Shown: piece after piece, positions 1-12,424 of the stretch
Numbering within the stretch: the first letter of the stretch is position 1
Layout of the letters: each line of letters begins with the position of its first letter
Assembly: GCA_002633005.1 (NCBI GenBank)
Contig: NMRA01000148.1
Coordinates: 1-64,000, forward strand
DNA length: 64,000 nt
Direction: 5' to 3'
Source: Phoronis australis
Lineage: Eukaryota; Animalia; Phoronida
Position numbers and translations under genes: made by a program
The notes under the pieces: generated by a model
Told to the model about the DNA's origin: nothing
Databases searched by the model: none
What the model saw: the letters and a program-made list of their open reading frames with translations, nothing else

Positions 1-1523
1 TCAAGTCAATAAAAGAGCAGTCCATCAAGAAATCTCGAATAACTCAAGAACAGTCTTAGACTGGAAAACAGCTCCAATACGTTAGAAACCTCTTGATGAG
101 ATCTATCTAAAATGACATACTAAATTTCAAAAAGATCCCTCAAAAGACAAACGGCTATGATTTCTCAAAGCCAAAAACCAAAAAATGCCTGCCATAGCAC
201 CATCTTGTGTCTCACTTAAACCAGAAACAAATACTATAGGCCTTGAACCATTGACCAGACACGTGTTGTGTTTAAATTTGATGCCTATAAGAAAATGCGA
301 CGTGTAGGGTGCCAACGAAGAAACGTAATTTTTGATATAGATACAAATTTCGCCAAGTAATAACCATGCAGCCAACCAAATTGTGTAGGTAGCAGAATAA
401 GGTAGAAATAAATTGAGTTGTAAATACAAGGATAAAAGGAAATGAAGTGTTCTTTACCAAAACAGTAACAGCAGAAAATAAAATGAACTTTTAGTTGGCC
501 AAGTCCACGGGATGGCTACTAACCCACACCCTGCAGCAGCATCGCATTTTTTGCTGTGCCTGTGAAATGAAATGGGCAAATTGTGTAGAAAAGCGCAGAA
601 ATTTACACCATAGGAATAGGAGCAGTTTATCGAATAGTATACTGAACACTATAAAAATTCTCTGATAATTTTAAAATAAAATTAACGGCATGCACAGAAG
701 TTGCCTGTTTTCTGCACTGCCAGAAGTATGTCATGCAAGCCTTGTTTGAAGACAATCGCAAACACGCTCAGTAGGTGATTTACAGCGCACACGGTATGTT
801 TCTTCATTTCAAAGCAAAACCTTGCGATCACTACATGTTTTGAGAGAAAAAACCTCTAATTATTTCATTTTCAATACAAGTGGTCTTTCACTGTACGCGT
901 TTTTAGTGTAACATTTGTTACTGAACACAAGCATTTTAAACAAGAGCAACGCAGAGCTTGTAAAGCACCCACAAAGGCACTGCAAACGGTGTGCTTCTAG
1001 GGGTATTTATTTGTATCATATAAATGGCCACTAGATGGCGCAAAACAATTTGAATCCATCTGAAAACAGGAACTTGTCATCATTTCTTTAACAGAAAGCT
1101 ATTTATCAAGTATCATAAAAATCCGTCAAGGACCTTCAGAGAAACAGAGGCAAAGGAAAAAAATGAAATTGCCACTAGGGGGCTATGGGTGCAAAAACAT
1201 AACTGCCACTAGGAAACAACACAATAGTCGAAGTCGTCGGAAAATCATTGTCAACCGTCCTCTTCACACTAAGAACAATCGAAACAGAAATATGTCAGTT
1301 CCCAATTTCAGAAACTGAACGAAAGACTATTCGGAAAGAAATGTTTTTCGCCGGAGTATTTGTTTGAGTTGGAAGAAAAAGACATCAACGGCCTCCTAAG
1401 GTGTCCGTTTATACAGAAAGGTACTTATATGAACATGACTTTGATAGTTTAGTCAGTGTGACGTATAATTTGCCGAAAAGGTTCCAACATGTGGCTACAT
1501 ATGCATTAGACAGTACCACCACT

Positions 1524-2384
1524 GGCCCCAGTAGAGACGGTGGCCATCCCATAGGCCTTCCATACGCCGGAAACTTTTCACCAAATTATGCCTCATACTG
1601 ATTAAATCATCAAAGTCGTGTTGCACATAGAGGGACACTTTTCACAAATCAAACAAAAACTCCCACAATCAAGCTTTTTTCCAAACAGTTCTTCATTCAA
1701 TTGCCCAAACCAGCAACTGGCCATTTTCACATTGCTCGCACCAGGGGATGTGACATTATGCCCTCTAGTGCAACCAGCATACAAAGGGGATGTGACATTA
1801 TGCCCTCTAGTGCAACCAGCANCTTCCATACGCCGGAAACTTTTCACCAAATTATGCCTCATACTGATTAAATCATCAAAGTCGTGTTGCTATAAGTACC
1901 TTTTGCACATAGAGGGACACTTTTCACAAATCAAACAAAAACTCCCACAATCAAGCTTTTTTCCAAACAGTTCTTCATTCAATTGCCCAAACCAGCAACT
2001 GGCCAATTTCACATTGCTCGTGCCAGGGGATGTGACATTATGCCCTCTAGTGCAAGCAGCATACAAAGGGGATGTGACATTATGCCCTCTAGTGCAACCA
2101 GCATACAAAGGGGATGTGACATTATGCCCTCTAGTGCAAGCAGCATACAAAGGGCTAGTTACCAATTTGGGCAACTGAACAAAGAACTGTTTGAAAAGTT
2201 TGATTGCGAAAGATGTATTTGTTCGAGCTGGGAAGAATTAAAGACATCAACATCGTGTCCTTCTATGCGTGAAAGGTACTTATAGCAACATGACTTTGAT
2301 GGTATGATCAGCGTGAGACATAATTCGACGAAAGCTTCCGGCATATGGAGGGCCTATGGGATGGCCACCATCTCTACTGGAGCC
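1524..2384. mobile_element. Foldback/MITE-like element with long inverted arms and internal 42-bp tandem repeats
   Basis: The left end GGCCCCAGTAGAGACGGTGGCCATCCCATAGGCC is the reverse complement of the right end GGCCTATGGGATGGCCACCATCTCTACTGGAGCC, and the inversion extends about 200 bp. The internal unit GGGGATGTGACATTATGCCCTCTAGTGCAACCAGCATACAAA is 42 bp. The ~1557-1821 duplication abuts an N at 1822, a possible assembly overlap. Confidence 0.75.
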
Positions 2385-3107
2385 ACAAGTGTCCTCAGCT
2401 GATCGTCCCCAATACACTACATATAAATACTACAAGGTATGACACTCCCGACCAGAAATTCCACGGGTGCTTCACTTCAGCCATCCATATCAAACACAAA
2501 ACTCAATTAATTTACACAAAACTCAATTAATTTACACAAAACAGGGGTTCAACAAACCATGAGAAATTGTTCTTTCTTATAATACCATTCACAGTGTCCG
2601 GCTGTGCGAGGACAGCGAGTTCGCAAGAAATTCGCTGTCAAAGCACAAAAAAGTTCCAAAAAAGCCCAAACACACTTTGCACTGTCAGTTCGAGGTCAAG
2701 GACGGTACGGAAATTGCCGGTTTGTCACGTAAAGTCACGATGTCGATAACGCCGTCCATCCATAATTCATCGGTAATTTCCATAGCGCCCTTGACCTCGA
2801 AACTGTAAAGTGTGTTTGGGCTTTTTAGGAACATTTTTGTGCTTAGACAGCGAATTTCTTGCGAACTCGTTAGAGCAGGACACTGTGAATGGCATTATAA
2901 GAAAGAACAATTTCTCATGGTTTGTTGAACCCGTTTTGTGTAAATTTATTGAGTTACGTGTTTGATATGGACGACGGAATCTAAGCACCTGTGGAATTTC
3001 TAGTCCTGAGTGTCATACCTTGTAGTATTATATGTAGTGTATTGGGGACGCAATCAGAAGCTGAGAACGCCTGTAATTGGAGCCAGTTTAGACGGTGGTA
3101 TTGTCTA
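2385..3107. mobile_element. Long palindromic (foldback) non-autonomous DNA element; left terminus probably at ~1507, interrupted by the element above
   Basis: ~2390-2720 is the reverse complement of ~2770-3075. The right end GGTGGTATTGTCTA (~3094-3107) matches TAGACAGTACCACC at ~1507. Confidence 0.7.
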
Positions 3108-5619
3108 CACTAGGGTGTGTTGTTGTGGCCTATCGATTTGTGGGCAGAATTGAATTCTTAATTTTGGTAATAAAAAATGTTAGAATTATTTGTTATTGAA
3201 ATATGTAAATTCCGTTCGAAATTTCTAACTTCATGGAAGAAGTCAGATTCTGCGACATTTTTCATTACCGTGGAAAATCAGGGTTTCTAATAACGGAACG
3301 GTGTTGAAAGTTTCGCCGACTTATTGTCGCGATGGCAAGAAATAAAGCTTCCACAAGCCGTATGGTTCCGCAGTTGTCAAACAGGCCTATATACCGGATA
3401 AATTCCAAAGTCAAGGACTTGTCTTGATTAAGTTGTGTAAAGTATTAAACTTCTCACTTTTACTACATCTACTAGAGAAAAAAAAATGTTTAGTTTTAGA
3501 CTATTTGACAAACACGGGGTGCTTGAGATCATTCATCACACTGACCAATCGACCAACAATAATTGGTTAACAGGTTAAACTCGCTATTTCAAGAGTTAAT
3601 ATATGTGCAGCACGAATAAAACCGGCCATGTCGGTTAGTACTATTAGTTCCATCCGGCGAAATACCGACAGTCAGTCGTAAGCCCACAGACGGTCAAAAT
3701 GTACCAGCGCAGTATGTCAACGTCCTAACTTTTACATCAAAATGGAAACTTCCACGGGATTCAGAATTCTATAGGTGTTACAAAAACACTGATTAAACGG
3801 CATACAAACCATCTTCCTGTAATCCATGGCTGCAAAAAGCAGTCACATTTCACAAACTAATGTCACATTGCATTCGCCATCTTTGCTACTGTCGCGCATG
3901 CGTAGAATACGGCGAGGAAAACATTTCGTAGCTTTGGGTCTGAACCAATAGAGGTCACTAACGTACAGGTAACCGGTAGTGCAACGGAAATCCTAGCAGT
4001 GAAAAAGAGTAGCTCTGGATGAGGAGGTGGTTCCGAGCCCCGTTTCTGGGTGGGATCATTTTCTACTTGAAAATTATAACACATCGATACCTTTCAATCA
4101 TATTCGAATAAGAACTCTGCCAATATACCATACCAACAATGCAAACTAAACTTTTATAATTCTCCCACCCAACAATTACTGAAGAGCGTATATAGTACGG
4201 TTCCCATCATATTAACAGCAAGGGAATACCAAATTCTGTCCTATAAAAACATATTCTCTGCAATTTTGAAAAATTCCAAAATGTCCATTTATTGCCATAA
4301 TCACAATGAAAAAGTGCTTTATATGTAATCCAGAGTCATCGTCACACCTCTTTCAACCCTACCTCCTGGTCCTGGTCTGTAATCTCGGAACTATTCTTCT
4401 TTAATATATTTATTTATTTTGTAGATTTAATAGGAAACCTATTGGTTTACAAGGGATCTGCTTTTCTTGATAGCAGTCATAAACTGAGAATTTCAGTCTC
4501 ATATATTGTAGAAAAATATTTCCTTGCAATGAAATGTAATTAAGAGACCTCATCTCCTTCCCTCCCTCCCTCACCCCGTCCCTACCTCACATTCCTCCTT
4601 CAAAGCCTTTAATCGATCCAGGCATCTGTTCCAATCACCCAACTATAAAAATATCACTGAAAATGACCGACAGACTAAAACTCGCAATACAATGAAAATG
4701 GGAATCTCAGTAAAGTACGAAATTGATAGTCGACCACGTGGTACGACACTTTCTAAACCGTATGAATAATTTTCATGACTCATTTCTTACGAACATCACT
4801 TTCTCAAAAATATTTTAACACCACTTGTTAAAACTTTTATGTAACACTTAACATATTTCAGGGAGACGCTTCGGTATAATGTTTTCAATATATCATTTTT
4901 TGGATTATCAAAGTTTTTGTAATAACTTCTGCTACAGATTTGATTATCCTGTTATTACGAGTCACTCTTAACTACCGTTTCCATTCCCAAGTGTTGTAAG
5001 TTTTTTTCTTCCTTTCTTGTCGGCTTGTCAACTAGTGAGGAAGTAAGGTTTTGGCGCTCAAGTGTTATCTGCTTGACTTGGCTGTGTCGGCAGGAAATTA
5101 ATCTTTCAGAAGTGCAAAACTTATGTTTGTTAACTAAACAGGTGCGATTTGTTAGCTAAATTTGTATTTCAAACTACGTGTTTTCGGAAGAATCGATAAA
5201 ATTGCATGAAACGGCTGACCCAATTTTCGGCATTCAAGTAGTTGAAATTTGTTTACCTACTACCACCTACCTGTACTTGCGCAAGTCGTACAACGACGAA
5301 GAAACTCACAAAGAAAAAGGGAACAATTGCAACAAGCTCAATTTAAATCTAGTCTTAGTGTGTCTTAAAATCTACCAACAAAGGGTTCATTTGAGATTTT
5401 TTACCCTCGTTCGCGATATTTCTGCTTTTCACACAAAACAAAAGTATGGCGAAACCACAAAACAAGTTTAAAACTCGTGAATGATCCAATTATTGTGAAT
5501 TTCAATGAATTCCAAATGCTAAAAAGAAGAATACCTTGAATCGAAAACTTTGAATGTAATTTTTCAAATAATTTTTAGTTTCGTATTACAATATGTTTAC
5601 AAATCATTCGCGCCTTTTT

Positions 5620-6340
5620 ATTTCCTCGCAACTACGATCAGTTGACTGTATCAAAGTAGTTACATGTACGTTTAAATCTAAAAGTAATAAAAATAAGTAA
5701 TTTTAACACAGTGTCGAAATATGTTAACTCTCACTAGAGAGCAGTGACAGGTGTGCGTAAATCCATATTTCAAAATTATCAACTTATTTTAATTCCATGA
5801 AGCTAGGATCTGTTGACTGTCACAGGGAACAGTGTTTAGATGATAGATATCTATAGTCTATGGTTAGATGATAGATATCTATAGTCTATGGTTGGATGAT
5901 AGATATCTATAGTCTATGGTTAGATGATAGATATCTATAGTCTATGGTTAGATGATAGATATCTATAGTCTATGGTTAGATGATAGATATCTATAGTTAA
6001 CGGTTAGACGTATGTCATTTTTAATGTTCTATCGTGGTCTGTGTACTCTTTCTAGGGAGCAGTGACCGGAGTGAATAAATCGCACATATTTTAGAACTTT
6101 AACTCGTTTGTTGTCGTGCAAAAACGCCCTATTAATTTAAAAAGTCATTTTTAATGTGCTGCCGAGATCTGTTCACTCTTTTTAGGGAATAGTTACTGGA
6201 GCTGCATAAATCACAATTATTTTAAAAATTCTGAGTTTTAAAATGTTTAAAATATTGAATCACAAATATTTTAAAACTTAATCGCTTTCAGTATTGTCGT
6301 GGAACTACGACCTGTGGACTCTGTCAAGGGAGTAGTTGCT
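5620..6340. repeat. Degenerate ~100-130 bp tandem satellite hosting the 28-bp minisatellite
   Basis: The motif GATCTGT-x-ACTCT..AGGGA(G/A)CAGT(G/T)AC..AAATC..ATATTTT recurs near 5635, 5720, 5807, 6036, 6165 and 6305. Confidence 0.6.
5837..6008. repeat. 28-bp minisatellite, ~6 copies
   Basis: Unit TAGATGATAGATATCTATAGTCTATGGT repeats head-to-tail and contains the palindrome ATAGATATCTAT. Confidence 0.95.
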
Positions 6341-6924
6341 ATAAAACAAGTCAAAAGTCTTCGACACTAAAACCATTCTGGAACACGAATTGGTCGGTGA
6401 GTCTTAACTGCAATGAATGATTCTGAAATGTAGCGTACCTACATGTTAAGTAGCTCACACGTATTTATAGCATTTTATGAATGCATTATAAATCTGATCG
6501 GCAGCATCAGCATGAATGTGTACAAACAGAAAGATCAGAAAAATTATTGCGGCGGAAGATCTGGAAGAATTGATTGCGAAAGAGGAGTTGTTATTGTTTC
6601 TAGACGTGCGAGTTGGTCACATCCAGTAAACAATTCAATTTTAACAGAACCTATCAAATCTATTATCTCGTTAACGGTCATTCATGTCAGGGACTTCATA
6701 CACAGCACAGTTTTATTGTTACAGTAACTTTTTATTACAGTCATCGAAACATCTTCGCCATGTCCAAGTTCCATGAAGCAGGCACCTCCTTCTCTACTGC
6801 AAATTCCCGCCTTCACGCCCACCACGGTGGTGATTCTGAGGAGCAGGGGCGTTCGTTTAATTGATAACCCATCTTCGGTCACAGTTATCACCATATTTTT
6901 TCTGAGAAGTAGAGTAATTGCTTT

Positions 6925-7145
6925 CATACCACAATATTAGCGTCGAATGTCAGATACAACCGTGTAATAACCCATTTAGTTATCTCACTAGTGAGATAAC
7001 ATTATCTCACTAGTGAGATAACATTTTGGCGGGAAACCGAGGACGGTTTTGAACCCGGGCCTCAAGAGTTTCGAGTCGCCGACTTAACCACTACTCCACT
7101 CGGCGGCTGACGTCATCGAACGTGAAAATAAAATACTTAAAGGAG
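6925..7145 (-). mobile_element. Repeat carrying a tRNA-like cassette (7036-7104, -); related copy at 15270-15468 (+)
   Basis: The reverse complement reads GCCGAGTGGAGTAGTGGTTAAG...GGGTTCAAAACC..CTCGGT (A box, B box, acceptor-like stem), but the anticodon arm does not pair. The flank TTTTCACGTTCGATGACGTCAG is shared with the 15.3-kb copy. Confidence 0.65.
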
Positions 7146-7299
7146 AATGCCACCCGATCTAATTAGTCTTTTTACCGCCTTAATCGGTCAATATCCACAT
7201 CGCCTCTTACGGTCGACCTCACCGTGCCGAGAGGCGTTGCGTTAACTTGTGAGGAAGGTGAGAAACGACGCAGCGACGTCAGTGGTTCGTCTGCAGAGT

Positions 7300-7545
7300 T
7301 AATGCCGCTATATTGGGGTGCATAGCTCCCGCCTTGTCCGAACTATGAAGCTGCGAAGAAAGCCCGAAATGCTTAGGAAGTGGCTCGCGGTAGTGAAGAA
7401 TGAAAGGTACGCTGTTAATAGCAAGTATAAGGCCGTGAAACATCTCCGTGTCTATGGCCGGTGTCACGTAAAATTTCTTCACCGGCATTTCATCGACAGT
7501 GATTTCTCTGACGAATTCAGGCTTACCAAAGAACTATCCATACTT
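7300..7545 (+). pseudogene. Decayed THAP zinc-finger domain (transposon-derived)
   Basis: Reads KPEMLRKWLAVVKN..KHLRVYGR..HFIDSDF..RLTKE, matching the THAP signature (R..W..V, RVCxxHF..DF..L). The Cys of CxxHF is lost and the N-terminal CxxxC is frameshifted. Confidence 0.6.
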
Positions 7546-7755
7546 TCCGTCGCCTGTGCATGTTCACGGTATTTCTTGATCAGTGTATTCCGGTTTGAAC
7601 TGATAGCTTTGAAACCTAACGATCCGACCCGTGAAGTCTTCGTCGCCTGAGCTCTTCACTAAGTCGGGATTGGTGCAGGGCGAGTTGTCATGTAGACGTT
7701 TATTATTCTGCGTTCTGTTTCAAAATGAATTTTTCTCATCCTAGCCAATGCTTAC

Positions 7756-8030
7756 ATGAAACTGAAACAAACTCTGTCTCATTAGATGCAGTTTGTAATG
7801 CCTTGGAGTGCTCGTGAGTGCAAATGTTGAGAAGCCAGCAATGAATAAACCACAGCGTTACCGGCTTTTGATGCTGCCAATAAAGGTAATTGACCGGGCA
7901 CCGAGGCCGTGTGAGCGCATGCTAATTCAGTGTTTGCTGACAAAAAACTGTTGTGAAACAATTACTGGATTTTATATGCTATGGTTACATGTTAGGGGAA
8001 TGTTTATATAGATATACAAAATTAATACAT
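7756..8030 (+). pseudogene. Disrupted knottin/conotoxin-like prepropeptide (apparent paralog of the 16740-23871 gene)
   Basis: Acceptor ttttctcatcctAG lies before ATG 7756. Allowing one +1 frameshift and a TAA (7796), it reads MKLKQLCLIRCSL*CLGVLVSA-pro-RAPRPCERMLIQCLLTKNCCETITGF. A further 1-nt shift in TTTT 7970-7973 continues ICYGYMLGECLYRYTKLI. Confidence 0.5.
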
Positions 8031-11000
8031 TATTCAAATCATTATTACTGTACAACCTTTGCCCTAGCGGTCTGTGGAAGGGGAACCCGACTTCGCGACT
8101 CCCGACAAGTAAGTAGATTTTCAGTTTTGTGGATAATTCACATAAATAATTACGTGAACATTATTTCTTTGGCTCACTATTACGTTTCGTGACTGGGGCG
8201 GGTTTAGTTTGCAACTCGTGGATTATCGGGCGATAATTCTCCAAAAAATCCACTCGGGCTCTAGATAGCGGGGGATAACGACTTCGCCATAGAATAGTCT
8301 ATATTTATAATAATAACGATTAACGTTATCCACTCATTGAAAATGTCTTTATTGGTCTACTTTTATTTCAAAGCTACTTTTCGTCATGTTTAGCTGGCTG
8401 AAACAAAACGAAAATCGAATCAGACCTTTTAATCTTATAAAAAAGTGTCAACACCACTAGGTTTTGAAGGATGTCTAGTAGATAGTCAAGAAATTGGAAT
8501 TGTACCATTTCAAAAATATTGAAGATTAATACACATTCGTTTTTCTTTCCATCAACGTAAGCTGTAAAAGTACGTGAATGGAGCAGACGACATCCATTTT
8601 ATAAGGTAAGTTTCGTAACAACAATGAATGTACAGCACCCGAAAAAGTCTCATCTGGATGTCTGCATGATTAGACTACTCTGTTCTTACAACAACAAACA
8701 AGGTAGGCCTGGGCGCAGAATTTGATCCACGAGAACTGAATTTGAACTCCCGGCGTTGTCAGAAGTGCGAGTACAGTTTTGGGACACCCTTTCTGTCGGG
8801 TCTCCAGATGGCAACATTTTTGTACCGACCCCTCACGCCCGCAGTAGGTGGGAAGCAAAGCCTGGGGAGGCAGCCATGAGAACTTGAGAAACCGTGTTTC
8901 ACGGAGAGTGAGAATGAGGTCTAAGGGCCAGCGCAGACGAATAGCTGGGAGGTAGACGATCTGCCTCAAGGGAACGTAGCCGAGTGACAGGTCAGTGCCA
9001 AATGAAGGTGTGAAAATACATGGATGAACTAGGCTAGCCGCTGGTTAGCTCAACTATGATTGAGACACAGGTATGACAGTTGCCACGCTTAAAACCAGAC
9101 GCTTACAAATTATTGGGGGGTACGTGGCCTCCGGCCCCCAGTCTTTCCGCTTGCTGAGGGTACCGCAGTGCACTAAGGTCCGCACCAGCACAACTATTGT
9201 TCATAGAAATAAAATGTACGGTAAAATGTGTACCAACAACTACATGAGTACCGCATACGTGAATTAATTTATGGGCCTACATGTACTTTAACAACATTGT
9301 CATCATCAATTAAAAGGATGACGGTTAACCAGTCCATAAAAAGCCGGCTACACTAGAAAATTCACGTCGTCAAACTATCACGCTGGTCAACAAACAGTAC
9401 AGCATTTCAGAGAAAATTTCGAGGTAAAATGTTCTATTTAAGATATAGTTGTTACTTGTTGTATTTGTCATCCGAAACTTTATCTTAACGATCCATCTTT
9501 TTCAGACACCCCTTTACTTCACGCTAAACCTTGAGTGCATGTTGTTTATTTTTCACTCTTTGGTGTTTATTTTCGCAGTGTTTACACCACGATTTGCGAG
9601 TGGAAACTTCATCGCGCATTCTTGAATTGGCAAAATTAGGAATTTGCGCCAGCTTCATGAGTGGAATGAACTGGCATCAAAGTGCGCCTGTGGTATGATT
9701 TTTCAGGAACAACCAGCGGTTACGCTGACATTTGGCGCCGGTGTAAAGTTTCGATGTCCCCTATATAAAGACCTCTTCAAAGCATAATTCTTTGTTACAG
9801 TTTGGACGTGGGAATATTCTAGAGAACTACAAGATACGGCTGTTCACTAAATCTCAGTAAATAACTTGTCACAATTCAAAAATCACGAACCACAATTGGG
9901 TTTCGAAGAATCGTTTTGCACAACTTCTAAGTATGTCCATAATTTTGTTATACCATAAAAAACTGTGTCTTGTAATTTTGATATCTGTCAGTAATCATCC
10001 TTTTTATATTCATTGTTATTATAATTGTTAATATACCTGCATATAATGTCTTCGATTTGAGGGCAGTAGTTGTATCACTTCTCGTATGATGAAATAACAG
10101 TTATCTAGCGAGTATGTGTCTGCGCATTGTTACAGTAACTTTTCATCGACATGCATTGAAAACAGTCCACATCCATTGCCATTTCGAAGTCACCTGATCA
10201 ATCACATCTCTATCTCTTTAACTAGGCGCACTTACAAAATGATTTTATTTCAAGTTTAAGCTGTGAATTTTAAAAAATTTCAGAAAGCTTCAGCCGGTAA
10301 AATTATAATGAGTATTTTAAACACTGAAGGTGTACATTCATGAGAAATCAACGGCGCGATTCCTCAGCATCTAGCGCGTAACGGGTGGGACAACTCAATG
10401 AATCAAATGTTTGTAATTTTCAGATCAACGAACTTTTGAAACTTGAAACATTTGGTGAGACACTCAGACTTGATTAAGTGATGTTATTATATTCATAGAA
10501 TGGCTTATACAAAAAATTTTTTGAAAAAGTTGCTATTAGCTAGACAAGTGGAGACACCTATGAGTCTTGTGGAACTTTTGAAACCTTTCATCATAGGATA
10601 TTGTAGGTCTCGCAGTAATCAACTTTTTATCATTTTTCGATTCTTAGTCTGATAATCTATATTCAAGTTAAATGACAAACTGAATGGCAACAAAAATGAT
10701 TCTTCTAAGTCAATCAAAGACGATTTTCATTTAATTTACCTTAGTATCGTTATCCTCCATGTTTCAAAGCTAAGTGACGCGTTTTAATTTTATCTATTTC
10801 ATTGAAGTGTTTTAACAGTCAGGTCCGCCTAGGGGTCGCTGTATGATGTTAATAAACAACTAAACTAAGTTTTATTGTTGTGGTATTTTTATTTATGATA
10901 TTAACATTAATAGTGGTATAATAGAGAGGGGTCATTATCAGGCTGAGCGATTATTGCCTGAGTACTTGGATGCAAGAATAAAGAGGCTGGAGAGTCAAGG

Positions 11001-11184
11001 ACAAACTCCTTTTTCATTTAATGTTCCTTTAAAATAAAGTTCTAACAACATTGTATGAATCCAAACATTCTAAAATTTGAGGATTTTCTTTTTGGATGGT
11101 CAAAACCACAACACGTGTCATTTCCTGTCTAATGTGATAAAACATAAGACTGATTTTCTCTTAGAAATTTGTTTTATTTTATAA

Positions 11185-11430
11185 ACAAGAGCAACGCGGA
11201 GAGTTGACATGCGCACAGCGTGAGTAGCGCATATAGCGAAGATACACGGAATGGTCATTATTTCAAACATCCCCATTAAAGGTAGCAATGCCAGTAAATC
11301 GTTAGGTGGAAAGAAAGTCAGAAATGCTGACTTCAATAGGGACACACCTGCCACGTTTCATCATGATTCTTCAAGCCGTTTGGAGGATATAAGTAGGCAG
11401 ACGACAAAGGACAAGCAAGAAGATGTTACT
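11185..11430. mobile_element. Dispersed repeat beginning AACAAGAGCAACGC (related copy ~939-1160); possibly Helentron/HINE-type
   Basis: Shared start AAACAAGAGCAACGC(A/G)GAG and a shared AAGT(T/A)TCAT..GAT/AATCC-like block. The family assignment is inference. Confidence 0.4.
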
Positions 11431-12010
11431 CAGTAAAAACCTTGAAATCTAGTTCCAACGTTCTGTGTTATAAATAACGGAACGTCTGCTTTTTCTCTCA
11501 CTCGGCAAGGGTGTAATCAAGGGTATCACCTGATCTGCTTTTGATATGTACTGAAATATTTGGACTTATGTGTAGAAAAAAATAGGAATATTAAATGACT
11601 TAATGTTGGTAACTTGGAATGAAAGAGTATTCAGCATGCTTTCCTTTGACAGGTCAGAGACATCTCTGAAAAAAGCTTTGGATCTTTTAGATCAATGCTC
11701 TAAGTACTTCGGCTTAAAACCCAACTTAGATAAACTTAAACTGAGTATATGTGGGTAAAACGGCTTTAACGAAAATGTTGTGTTGTCACAATCGAATATA
11801 AAATTAACAGTGAACCACCATTCCATTTACTGTAATAGGTATAATACTAACTACTGATTTGCTTAATATCGTACATATTAACTGTGCACAGAAGTTTGAA
11901 GAAATCGTAAGACTGACTGACGTGTAGTTTAAAAGAAATTTAAGAGTCCTTGCTGAGATTACAGTTATTAATTCAATTTTACTTCATCTTGTTACTAAGA
12001 TTGCCGTTTA

Positions 12011-12034
12011 TACATACATACATACATACATACA

Positions 12035-12063
<29 letters not shown>
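12011..12063. repeat. (CATA)n microsatellite
   Basis: About 13 perfect TACA/CATA units. Confidence 0.97.
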
Positions 12064-12066
<3 letters not shown>

Positions 12067-12424
12067 AAACCTGTTTTTGCGATTCACCTCTGAATCAAGC
12101 ACAGTAGTATAATTCACTAATCAAAACTGACAACAAGCCATAAATATTCACGAAACAATGGAATGACAAAGGTGACAGGTGTGTCTATGACTTAGCTACC
12201 ACTTTATTGGTTATGAGTCTTTTTGTAATCGCATTTCATTTGGCTCTATGACCACAACATTTCTAGGGATTCAAAGAGCTTTCAAATTCGTTTTTTCTAA
12301 ATTTTAAAAGCACATATCTAAGTCTGCGACTGACATATTAATACTATTTTTCACTTCATAATGAAAAATCTGATCTCAACGAGAAAGGAGGACACTGCTT
12401 CTATAACTTATTCATTACTAGTCG

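Noticed and set aside
1618-2285. 186-aa and overlapping ORFs with YKGDVTLCPLVQPA repeats
   Set aside because: Translation of the 42-bp tandem repeat inside a foldback element; open on both strands and spans an assembly N.
5837-6008. CRISPR-like 28-bp repeat with a palindrome
   Set aside because: Units are head-to-tail with no unique spacers, there are no cas genes, and the context is eukaryotic.
7036-7104. Functional tRNA genes here and at ~13765-13835, 15310-15375, 40450-40490, 50533-50600
   Set aside because: A/B boxes are present, but the arms do not pair or are deleted, and several sit in dispersed repeats; treated as tRNA-derived elements.
8670-8969. GC-richer minus-strand ORF with several Cys
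   Set aside because: No signal peptide, recognisable Cys framework or supporting splice structure.
9761-9935. TATATAAAG followed by possible donors (candidate promoter/leader exon of the knottin gene)
   Set aside because: Cannot be linked to any exon from sequence alone; such motifs are frequent in AT-rich DNA.
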